DNA from: Symbiobacterium terraclitae
GTDB lineage: Bacteria > Bacillota > Sulfobacillia > Symbiobacteriales > Symbiobacteriaceae
Direction of reading: 5' to 3'
Assembly (NCBI RefSeq): GCF_017874315.1
Contig: NZ_JAGGLG010000001.1
Coordinates: forward strand, 209,030-233,029
Length of the DNA: 24,000 nucleotides
Shown: piece by piece, positions 15,085 to 22,160 of the stretch
Layout of the letters: each line of letters opens with the position of its first letter
Numbering within the stretch: the first letter of the stretch is position 1
Translations under genes and position numbers: made by a program
Notes under the pieces: model-generated
The model's database searches: none
What the model saw: the letters and a program-made list of their open reading frames with translations, nothing else
Told to the model about the DNA's origin: nothing

Positions 15085-16350
15085 TTACTGCATCACCGGC
15101 GCCAGCTTGCCCAGCTGGAACTTGTCGTGCACGGCCCGCACGGCCTCCACGGCCTGCGAGGCGCGCACCAGGCACGAGATCTTGATCTCGGACCCGGTGA
15201 TCAGCTCGATGTTGATCCCCTTCTCCGCCAGCGCCTCGAACATCTTCGCGGCGACGCCGTAGTTGGACGCCACGCCGGAGCCGACGATGGAGACCTTGGC
15301 CACGTCCGTGTCGTACAGCACGCGGGCGCCGGGAAACTCGGGCAGCACGCTGTTGCAGACCTCCAGCGCCAGATCGAGGTCGTCCCGGGCGCAGGTGAAG
15401 GAGATGTCGGCCGTCGGGCCGCCTCCGTTGGCCGTGCCGATGGACTGCACAATCATGTCGAGGTTGATCCGGGCGTCGCCCAGCGCCTTGAAAACCCGGA
15501 AGGCCACGCCCGGCCGGTCGGGCAGACCCACCAGCGTGATGTGGGCGACCTTCGAGTCCACGGCCACGCCGGAGACGATGCGCGGGTTGCTCGGGCTCAA
15601 CTGCGCCACCACCTTCGTACCCCGCTCCTCGCCGCCCTCATCGGGCAGCGGGGCGAGGGAGCTAAGTACTTCAAACTCCACGCCATACTGCTTTGCCAGC
15701 TCCACGGAGCGGAGCTGCATCACCTGTGCGCCGGCCGCGGCCAGCTCCAGGATCTCGTCGTAGCTGATCTCGTCCAGGCGGCCGGCCGTCGGCACCAGCC
15801 GGGGGTCAGCCGAGTAGACGCCGTCGACGTCGGTGAAGATCTGACAGGCCTCCGCCTCCAGGTACGCGGCCAGGGCGATGGCCGAGGCGTCTGAGCCGCC
15901 GCGCCCCAGCGTCGTGATGTCGCCGTGGTCGTCCAGCCCCTGGAAGCCCGCCACGATGACCACCTTGCCCTCGGCCAGCTCCTGCTTGATCCGCGCTGTG
16001 TCAATGTGCTGGATGCGCGCCGCCCGGTGGTTGTCATCGGTCCGGAATCCGGCCTGGGGGCCGGTAAGCGAGACGGCCGGCACACCGAGCTCGTGCAGGG
16101 CCATCGCCAGCAGGGCGATGGAGACCTGCTCGCCCGTCGAAAGGAGCACGTCCATCTCGCGGGCCGAGGGGCGCTGCGTGATGCCCTTCGCCCGCTCGAT
16201 CAGGTCGTCGGTCATGTCGCCGGGGGCGCTCACGACAACCACGAGGTCGTATCCCTGCTGCTTCCGCCAGGCGATGCGCCTGGCCACCCGGCGGTACTTC
16301 TCGGCGGTGGCCACCGACGAGCCGCCGTACTTCTGCACGACAATACCCAA
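15085..16350 (-). CDS. lysC: Aspartate kinase (with C-terminal ACT domains)
   Basis: GIVVQKYGGSSV and the following residues are collinear with the Bacillus LysC N-terminus MGLIVQKFGGTSV. The TTG at 16350 lies 6 nt after GAGGAGGAGAGG. The track start at 16401 is a GTG with no SD. Confidence 0.93.
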   Translation of the reverse strand: MGIVVQKYGGSSVATAEKYRRVARRIAWRKQQGYDLVVVVSAPGDMTDDLIERAKGITQRPSAREMDVLLSTGEQVSIALLAMALHELGVPAVSLTGPQAGFRTDDNHRAARIQHIDTARIKQELAEGKVVIVAGFQGLDDHGDITTLGRGGSDASAIALAAYLEAEACQIFTDVDGVYSADPRLVPTAGRLDEISYDEILELAAAGAQVMQLRSVELAKQYGVEFEVLSSLAPLPDEGGEERGTKVVAQLSPSNPRIVSGVAVDSKVAHITLVGLPDRPGVAFRVFKALGDARINLDMIVQSIGTANGGGPTADISFTCARDDLDLALEVCNSVLPEFPGARVLYDTDVAKVSIVGSGVASNYGVAAKMFEALAEKGINIELITGSEIKISCLVRASQAVEAVRAVHDKFQLGKLAPVMQ

Positions 16351-16515
16351 GAGCGCCCTCTCCTCCTCTATGCTTTGGCGTGCTTGAACGGGTTCACTCA
16401 CCCCCGAGGTGGGCTTCGCGCGTCATCCTCGCGGTCGGCAGCAGCCGTTTGCCGGCTTTCCCCAAATCGTCCATGAGCCCACCTCCCTTGCACAGATGGA
16501 GGAATAACGCTGTCG
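16351..16515 (-). promoter_or_regulatory. Structured 5' leader of lysC, class unassigned
   Basis: A 10-bp long-range helix pairs GAGGTGGGCT (16485-16476) with AGCCCACCTC (16415-16406) and encloses 60 nt, including an AGCCG/CGGCT hairpin. A CCTCC element lies at the 5' end. A 26-codon ORF (16474-16394) has its own AGGGAGGTG SD. Confidence 0.4.
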
Positions 16516-16544
16516 ATTATACACCCGCCACGCGAACCCGTCCA
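16516..16544 (-). promoter_or_regulatory. Sigma-A-like promoter for lysC
   Basis: The minus strand reads TGGACG (16544-16539), a 17-nt spacer, then TG-extended TATAAT (16521-16516). It sits immediately after the metX stop. Confidence 0.55.
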
Positions 16545-16548
16545 TGCG

Positions 16549-17694
16549 TCAATCGTCGTACTCCAGTGACTCCAGGAAGCGCCGGATGGGCTCCTCGATC
16601 AGGTGGAAGTCCACCAGGAAGGCGTCGTGCCCCCACGGCGAGTCCATCTCCACGTACTCGGCCCACCCGCCGGCCGCCCGCACCAGGTTGACCGTCTCCT
16701 GCTGCAGGTAGGGCGGGAAGAGCAGGTCCGAGCGGATGCCCACGGCCAGTACCTTCGCCCGGATCAGGGCGTGTGCCGCCTCGTAGGAGCCCCGGCCCCG
16801 CCCGAGGTCCATCAGGTCCATGGCCCGGGTGAGGTAGAGGTAGGAGTTGGCGTCGAACCGCTCCACGAGCTTCTGGCCCTGGTAGTGCAGGTAGGATTCC
16901 ACCTGGAACGCCACGCCGAATCCCCGGTCCAGCGGGCTGCCCTCGCCGCGCACCTCTCGGCCGAACTGCGTCCACATGGACTCGTCGGACCGGTAGGTGA
17001 TCATGCCCAGCATCCGGGCCGTCGCCAGCCCGCGCACGGGTCCCGGCGTACCGTAGTACTGGCCGCCCCGGAAGTCCGGGTCGTTCAGGATGGCCTGGCG
17101 CTGTACCTCGTTGAAGGCGATGCCCTGCGGATGGAAACGGCCGGCCCCGCCGATGGGGATGACGCCCCGCATGCGGTCCGGATAGGTGGCGGCCCACTCC
17201 AGCGCCTGCATGGCGCCCAGCGAGCCGCCGACGACGGCCACCAGCCGCCGCACGCCCAGCTGATCCAGAAGCCGGGCCTGCGCCCGCACCATGTCGCGCG
17301 GCGTGACGATGGGGAAGTCGAGGCCGTAGGGCCGGCCGGTGTCGGGGTTGGCCGAGCCGGGTCCGGTCGAGCCCTGGCACCCGCCGATGACGTTGGAGCA
17401 GATCACGCAGTAGCGTTCGGTGTCCAGCGCCTTGCCGGGCCCCACCGCATCGTCCCACCAGCCCGGCTTCGGATCGTCCGGGCGGTAGCGCCCGGCGACG
17501 TGGCTGTCGCCCGTGAGGGCGTGGCAGACGAGGATGGCGTTGTCGCCCTCGGGGTTGAGCCGGCCGAAGACTTCGTAGCAGAGGGTCACCGCCTTCAGGG
17601 TGCGCCCGCTCTCCAGGACCAGGGGATCCGCAAAGCTCGCGACCCGCGCGTACTGCCGGTGCGACAGCAGCGTGGGAACCGGCACCGCAGCCAC
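16549..17694 (-). CDS. metX: Homoserine O-acetyltransferase
   Basis: The 381-aa alpha/beta hydrolase has NAILVCHALTGDSHVAG and the nucleophile elbow GGSLGAMQALEW, typical of MetX. The GTG start at 17694 follows AGGGGGTGGA. Confidence 0.93.
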   Translation of the reverse strand: MAAVPVPTLLSHRQYARVASFADPLVLESGRTLKAVTLCYEVFGRLNPEGDNAILVCHALTGDSHVAGRYRPDDPKPGWWDDAVGPGKALDTERYCVICSNVIGGCQGSTGPGSANPDTGRPYGLDFPIVTPRDMVRAQARLLDQLGVRRLVAVVGGSLGAMQALEWAATYPDRMRGVIPIGGAGRFHPQGIAFNEVQRQAILNDPDFRGGQYYGTPGPVRGLATARMLGMITYRSDESMWTQFGREVRGEGSPLDRGFGVAFQVESYLHYQGQKLVERFDANSYLYLTRAMDLMDLGRGRGSYEAAHALIRAKVLAVGIRSDLLFPPYLQQETVNLVRAAGGWAEYVEMDSPWGHDAFLVDFHLIEEPIRRFLESLEYDD

Positions 17695-17707
17695 CCGTCC
17701 ACCCCCT

Positions 17708-18058
17708 TCATTTCTCCGGCTTCACGACCGCCGCCGCACCGAGCATGCCCAGGGCAACGTTGGCGGCCCCGACGGCGAGCACGAGGATGCCGGCGGCGAA
17801 GTTATACTCAGGCGTGGGCAGGTCCAGCGCGTGGACGCCCAGCAGCGCGACGAAGTTCGTCAGAACCGCGGCAAGCCAGGTGAAGCCGCTCATCCTGATC
17901 CGGGACAGATGCCGGTCGCGGGCAGCCCGCACGAGCGACGTGACGGCCACCGACCAGACTGCGCCGGCGATGACGGCCAGCGGCCAGTTCATGTCAAGCC
18001 CCCATCTGACAAGCGCCATGAACGCCACGAACGAGATTCCGCCCAGGACGAACTGCAT
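17708..18058 (-). CDS. Small integral membrane protein (116 aa, about 4 TM), unknown function
   Basis: The ATG at 18058 lies 10 nt after GGGGAGG. Four hydrophobic helices are visible. The stop lies 13 nt before the metX start, and the gene sits between the SAM riboswitch and metX. Confidence 0.65.
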   Translation of the reverse strand: MQFVLGGISFVAFMALVRWGLDMNWPLAVIAGAVWSVAVTSLVRAARDRHLSRIRMSGFTWLAAVLTNFVALLGVHALDLPTPEYNFAAGILVLAVGAANVALGMLGAAAVVKPEK

Positions 18059-18109
18059 GAACCGACTACCTCCCCTGACGCCTTGCACACTTGCCGCTAA
18101 CACTCAAGG

Positions 18110-18130
18110 CCGCCCCCGATAAGGGAGCGG
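18110..18130 (-). terminator. Putative expression-platform hairpin of the SAM riboswitch
   Basis: The minus strand reads CCGCTCCC / TTATC / GGGGGCGG (8 bp including one G-U), followed by CCTTGAGTGTT. Its 5' arm plus loop (CCGCTCCCTTATC) is also complementary, with one mismatch, to GATAAGAGAGCGG (the P1 3' strand). That is the classic antiterminator alternative. Confidence 0.45.
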
Positions 18131-18159
18131 CCCGATATGAACTGGCATTGGCTCTGGCC

Positions 18160-18282
18160 CGCTCTCTTATCTTCCGACGGCGTGAGCCGCCGGTGGAATT
18201 GGCACCTTCAGACGCCACCGGGCGCCCTGGGTTGCCGGGTTTCATCGGGCCAGTTCCCTCCACCTCTCTGGATAAGAGCCCG
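18160..18282 (-). promoter_or_regulatory. SAM-I (S-box) riboswitch
   Basis: The minus strand reads CTCTTATCCAGAGAGGTGGAGGGAACTGGCCCGATGAAACCCGGCAACC...GGTGCCAATTCCACC...GAAGATAAGAGAG. This matches the S-box core consensus almost nucleotide for nucleotide. The P1 helix pairs CTCTTATC with GATAAGAG. Confidence 0.92.
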
Positions 18283-18483
18283 CCGGAGCGTTCTCCGTCG
18301 GGACGGCGTACGATATGCAGTTGTCTCAGATTTAGGAAGGATACTAACATGCCGGTGCTGCGGCTGTCAATAGCCGGACGCGGTGTGGACTCCCCGGCCT
18401 TAGCGGCAGCAGGGTAACATCCCCCATTTCACGAAGGCTATGCCTATGACTTTTTTCACGGGAAGTAAGGGAGGATACTGGAA

Positions 18484-19422
18484 GTGATCGCCGGTCGCAA
18501 GATCTTCTCTGGCCGGGCAAGCAGGTATCTGGCGCGCGAGATCTGTCAGCACCTCGGTGTAGAGCTGGCCAGGGCTCAGGTCATGAAGTTCAAGAACGAC
18601 AACCTGTTCGTCCAGATCGAGGAGAACGTGCGGGAGCGCGAGGTCTTCGTCGTGCAGACCTCCTGCCCGCCGGTGGACGAGAACCTGATGGAGACGCTGA
18701 TCATGATCGACGCCCTCAAGCGGGCCTCAGCCGGGCGCATTACCGCGGTCCTCCCCTACTACCCCTACGGCCGTTCCGACAAGAAGGACCAACCCCGCGT
18801 CCCGATCACGGCGCGCCTGGTGGCAGACCTGCTCACCACGGCGGGCGCCGACCGGGTCATGACGATCGACCTGCACTCGCCGCAGATCCAGGGCTTCTTC
18901 TCCATCCCCTGCGACCATCTGACGGCGACCACGCTGTTCGCCCAGTACATGCGCACCAAGGGCCTCGTCGCCCCGGTGGCGGTGGCCACCGACGCCGGCG
19001 CCGCCAAGCGGGCCCTGACCTTCGCCCGGGCCCTGAACATCCCGCTGGCGATCATGGAGAAGCACCGGCACGGCAACACGGACACCGTAGCGATCACGGC
19101 GTTCATCGGCGACGTCCGGGGGCGGGAGGCCATCGTCTTCGAGGATGAGATCGCCACGGGCTCCACCCTGCTGGCCGCCGCCGAGGTGCTGCACGAGCAG
19201 GGCGCCTCCGCCATCTACGTCTGCGCCACCCACGCCCTCTTCGCGGACAACGCCCTGGAGCGGCTGCAGCAGAGCGCGATCGACGAGGTGGTGGTGACCA
19301 ACACGCTTCCGCACCAGGACCTCCCGCCCAAGGTGACCGAACTCTCGGTCGCCCCCCTGCTGGCCGCCGCCATCGACCGGGTGACCACCGGCGAGTCGAT
19401 CTCCAGCCTGTTTGAAATGTGA
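18484..19422 (+). CDS. prs: Ribose-phosphate pyrophosphokinase (PRPP synthetase)
   Basis: Typical Prs motifs are present: VLPYYPYGRSDKKD, DLHSPQIQGFF and a PRPP-binding loop (IVFEDEIATGSTL). The GTG at 18484 lies 8 nt after AAGGGAGGA. Confidence 0.96.
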   Translation: MIAGRKIFSGRASRYLAREICQHLGVELARAQVMKFKNDNLFVQIEENVREREVFVVQTSCPPVDENLMETLIMIDALKRASAGRITAVLPYYPYGRSDKKDQPRVPITARLVADLLTTAGADRVMTIDLHSPQIQGFFSIPCDHLTATTLFAQYMRTKGLVAPVAVATDAGAAKRALTFARALNIPLAIMEKHRHGNTDTVAITAFIGDVRGREAIVFEDEIATGSTLLAAAEVLHEQGASAIYVCATHALFADNALERLQQSAIDEVVVTNTLPHQDLPPKVTELSVAPLLAAAIDRVTTGESISSLFEM

Positions 19423-19436
19423 ATGATCACGAGGCA

Positions 19437-19462
19437 GGGCCGCTCCTGATTCGGAGCGGTCC
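19437..19462. terminator. Stem-loop after prs, shared with the convergent small ORF
   Basis: GGGCCGCTCC / TGATTC / GGAGCGGTCC forms 10 bp including one G-U, 14 nt after the prs stop. There is no U-tract. Confidence 0.55.
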
Positions 19463-19486
19463 GTGGGCTGTAGAAACACTGACACT

Positions 19487-19657
19487 TCACCTGTGAACGG
19501 TCCCGTGACCAGCCCCCGCAGGAAGATCCGGGCCTGCGGCGATGGATGGTTCGGACTTCAGTCTCCACTGAGCCGTTGCCAGGCTTGTGGATCCATACAC
19601 CAGGATGGCGAGCGCGGCAGTCATCCCGAGCGCAAGCAGCGAGCCTCGACGGATCAT
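19487..19657 (-). CDS. Candidate small ORF (56 aa) with a signal-peptide/TM-like N-terminus
   Basis: This ORF is absent from the track, which lists nothing shorter than 60 aa. The ATG at 19657 lies 7 nt after GAGGGGGTG. The product is MIRRGSLLALGMTAALAILVYGSTSLATAQWRLKSEPSIAAGPDLPAGAGHGTVHR. GC3 is only about 65%, lower than in neighbouring genes. Confidence 0.35.
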   Translation of the reverse strand: MIRRGSLLALGMTAALAILVYGSTSLATAQWRLKSEPSIAAGPDLPAGAGHGTVHR

Positions 19658-19839
19658 GAGTGAGCACCCCCTCTGTGGTCAGTTCAGCGTGGCTCGGCGG
19701 ACAGAGCGCTCGAGGGACCACCCGGATTTCGTCTGCAGCCTGAGCGCCGCGCCGGATACGGAGCAACCCAGCACGCATACCGACGGGTGGCGCGGCACAC
19801 CCTTGTGCGGGCAGCTCTTGGGGTTGACCAGGACGATTG

Positions 19840-19853
19840 GTGACGCGCGTCAC
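19840..19853. promoter_or_regulatory. Perfect 14-bp palindrome GTGAC-GCGC-GTCAC, candidate regulator binding site
   Basis: The palindrome is seen directly. Its centre lies about 41 bp upstream of the transcription start implied by the TATCAT -10 candidate at 19875-19880. Confidence 0.4.
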
Positions 19854-19877
19854 TTAAGCTTCATCCATCACGGGTAT

Positions 19878-19898
19878 CATTGAGACTGACTCTCAATG
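19878..19898. promoter_or_regulatory. Inverted repeat CATTGAGA-N5-TCTCAATG, candidate operator
   Basis: Perfect 8-bp arms overlap the candidate -10 (TATCAT). The repeat ends at the SD (GAAGGTGGTG) of the DUF2249 gene. Confidence 0.35.
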
Positions 19899-19914
19899 AA
19901 GGTGGTGTGCACCG

Positions 19915-20142
19915 ATGGACGTCAAGGAGCTTGATGTGCGCGAGATCCCGCCCTTCCGCCGGCACCCGCTCATCTTCGAGACCTTCGAGAACCTGCCCCC
20001 GGGCGGGCAGATGCGGCTCGTGAACGACCACGATCCCAAGCCCCTGTACTACCAGTTCGCCGCGGAGCGCCCCGGCACGTTCGACTGGGAATACGAGCAG
20101 CAGGGCCCCGATGTCTGGAAGGTACTGATCATCAGGAAGTAG
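19915..20142 (+). CDS. DUF2249 domain-containing protein
   Basis: The product is 75 aa. LDVREIPPFRRHPLIFETFENLPPGGQMRLVNDHDPKPLYYQF is the characteristic DUF2249 pattern. The ATG lies 7 nt after GGTGGTG. Confidence 0.85.
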   Translation: MDVKELDVREIPPFRRHPLIFETFENLPPGGQMRLVNDHDPKPLYYQFAAERPGTFDWEYEQQGPDVWKVLIIRK

Positions 20143-20162
20143 GCTGTCGGTCTGAGTACGAG

Positions 20163-20188
20163 ACGGGAGGGGGATTGCCCCCTCCCGT
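20163..20188. terminator. Stem-loop after the DUF2249 gene
   Basis: ACGGGAGGGGG / ATTG / CCCCCTCCCGT forms a perfect 11-bp stem, 20 nt after the stop, followed by TCCCATT. Confidence 0.65.
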
Positions 20189-20248
20189 TCCCATTCGCCA
20201 GGCAGCGCCTCCCCTCACGGCGGATGGCGCCGCCCGCCTCGGTCGCGC

Positions 20249-20443
20249 TCACAGCGGCCGCGGCCGACTCGTTCCCGACAGCTCGGTGATCACCCAGGAC
20301 CCGTCCCGGGTTCTGACGACGGTGTCACCCGCCGTCACCAGCGCTGCGAACCGCCCCAGCGTCTCCTCGGCTTCTGGTTCTGCGGGCGGGGACTCTGCAT
20401 TCTGGGGTCTATCCGACTCAGGCCCTGCACCTTCGGGCTCCAC
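20249..20443 (-). CDS. Doubtful small ORF (64 codons, GTG start)
   Basis: This is the only non-antisense ORF in the roughly 300-nt gap between two hairpins. It has no SD. GC3 is low in the first half and high in the last ~35 codons (RFAALVTAGDTVVRTRDGSWVITEL), so a shorter product or none is possible. Confidence 0.25.
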   Translation of the reverse strand: MEPEGAGPESDRPQNAESPPAEPEAEETLGRFAALVTAGDTVVRTRDGSWVITELSGTSRPRPL

Positions 20444-20495
20444 AGGTTGGGGTTCATCGGCGTCGAGACCTGCAACTGCCAGGGGGTGGGTGTCG

Positions 20496-20518
20496 GGAGG
20501 GGGGCTCCGCCCCCCTCC
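20496..20518 (-). terminator. Stem-loop downstream of spoIVA
   Basis: GGAGGGGGGC / TCC / GCCCCCCTCC forms a 10-bp stem, 33 nt after the spoIVA stop. There is no U-tract. Confidence 0.55.
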
Positions 20519-20551
20519 TGACTTCGATCAACGCTCCGGCCCCCTCCCGAC

Positions 20552-22033
20552 TCAGATAATGATGCAGATCAGCCCGCCGGAGCCCTCGTTGATGATCCGG
20601 CTGAGGGTCTCCTGCAGCTTGACCTGGGCGTCGGTCGGCATCCGGTGCAGCTTCGCCCGGATCCCCTCCTGCACCAGTTCGTGCAGCGACTTGCCGAAGA
20701 TGTCGAACTCCCACAGCTGCTGCGGGTCGTCCTCGAACCGGTCGAGCAGGTATTGCACCAGCTCCTCGCCCTGCTTCGCCGTGCCGATGATCGGCGTCAC
20801 CTCGGCCGTGATGTCGGCCCGGATGAAGTGGAGGCTCGGGGCCGTGGCCTGCAGCTTCACCCCGTACATCACGCCCTGCCGCACGAGCTCGGGCTCCTCG
20901 AAGATCATGTCGGAGATGTCCGGGGTGACCACGCCGTAGCCGGTGGCTTTCACGTCGGCCAGGGCGTCCCGCACCTTGTCATACTCCCGCTTGGCCTCGG
21001 AGTACTCCCGGAGCAGGCGGACCATGGTGTGCTTCCCCTCCAGGGGAACGCCGGTGATCTCCTCAAGCACCTGATAGTAGAGGTCGTCCCTGGCCTCGGT
21101 CTCCACGTGGGCGACGCCTGCGCCCATGTCGATGGACTTGAGGTTGACGGACGCCATGAACTCGTAAGAGCCCAGCCGCTCGACGGCGGCGTCGACGTCG
21201 CGGATCTTCTGGATGCCCTGCAGCGCCTCGGCGATGGCCTCCTCGAACTGCACGCGCACCGGGTGGGAGCTGTCGAGCTCCTCCACCCACCGCGGGAGGG
21301 CAATGTTGGCCTCCCGCACCGGGAACTCAAAGAGCGCCTGCTCCAGGATGAGGTGCACGTCGTCCTGAGTCAGCTCGCTGGCGTCCACCGGGATGACGGG
21401 TGCGTTGTACTTCACCTCGAGCTCGCCGGCCAGCTCCATCGTCTCCTGCGCGTAGGGCCGGGTGGTGTTCAGCACGATCACGAACGGCTTGCCCAGGGCC
21501 TGCAGCTCGGCGACCACCCGCTCCTCGGCCTCCAGGTACTTCCCCCGGGCCAGGTCGGTAATGGACCCGTCGGTGGTCATCAGCACGCCGATGGTGGCGT
21601 GCTCGGCGATCACCTTGCGGGTGCCGATCTCGGCCGCATCGTGGAACGGGATCTCGCCCTCGAACCACGGCGTGCGGACCATGCGCGGGGAGCCCTGCTC
21701 GTCCATGTAGCCCAGTGCGCCCTCGACCGCGTAGCCCACGCAGTCGACCAGGCGCACCCGCACCGTCAGCCCCTCGCCGATGGTCAGCTCGATGGCCTCG
21801 TCGGGCACGAACTTGGGCTCGACGGTCATGATCGTCTTGCCATTGCCGGATTGCGGCAGCTCGTCGCGGATGCGGGCCTGCTCGTACTCGTCCGGGATGT
21901 TGGGCAGGATGACCTGCTCAGCAAAGCGGCGGATGAAGGTGGACTTCCCCGTCCGGACCGGGCCCACCACGCCGATGTAGATGTCCCCTCCGGTCCGCCT
22001 CGCAACGTCCTCAAAGATGTCGATCCTCTCCAC
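20552..22033 (-). CDS. spoIVA: Stage IV sporulation protein A (spore coat morphogenetic ATPase)
   Basis: VERIDIFEDVARRTGGDIYIGVVGPVRTGKSTFIRRF is collinear with B. subtilis SpoIVA (MEKVDIFKDIAERTGGDIYLGVVGAVRTGKSTFIKKF). The Walker A motif is present, and the length of 493 aa compares with 492. The GTG at 22033 lies 7 nt after GGGAGGG. The track start at 22090 adds a non-homologous extension. Confidence 0.96.
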   Translation of the reverse strand: MERIDIFEDVARRTGGDIYIGVVGPVRTGKSTFIRRFAEQVILPNIPDEYEQARIRDELPQSGNGKTIMTVEPKFVPDEAIELTIGEGLTVRVRLVDCVGYAVEGALGYMDEQGSPRMVRTPWFEGEIPFHDAAEIGTRKVIAEHATIGVLMTTDGSITDLARGKYLEAEERVVAELQALGKPFVIVLNTTRPYAQETMELAGELEVKYNAPVIPVDASELTQDDVHLILEQALFEFPVREANIALPRWVEELDSSHPVRVQFEEAIAEALQGIQKIRDVDAAVERLGSYEFMASVNLKSIDMGAGVAHVETEARDDLYYQVLEEITGVPLEGKHTMVRLLREYSEAKREYDKVRDALADVKATGYGVVTPDISDMIFEEPELVRQGVMYGVKLQATAPSLHFIRADITAEVTPIIGTAKQGEELVQYLLDRFEDDPQQLWEFDIFGKSLHELVQEGIRAKLHRMPTDAQVKLQETLSRIINEGSGGLICIII

Positions 22034-22160
22034 GCCAGTACCCTCCCTAGGTCGCCGCGACGCCGGGCGGCCGCACACTCGCCGCGGCATTCGTACTCAG
22101 AATGTGGCCCGGGTCCCGTGTCCTACCGCTAATGCTATGAGGCGCCCCGGGAGGGTATGT

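Noticed and set aside
18284-18483. Promoters for the SAM riboswitch transcript and for prs in the 200-nt divergent region.
   Set aside because: Several weak hexamer combinations exist, but none has both good boxes and 16-18 nt spacing. I left them uncalled rather than guess.
22034-22160. Search for a sigma-E-type promoter (ATA-type -35 with a CATACA-T -10) upstream of spoIVA.
   Set aside because: Only weak partial matches (TCATAGC, GTACGAAT) with the wrong spacing. I cannot support a call by eye.
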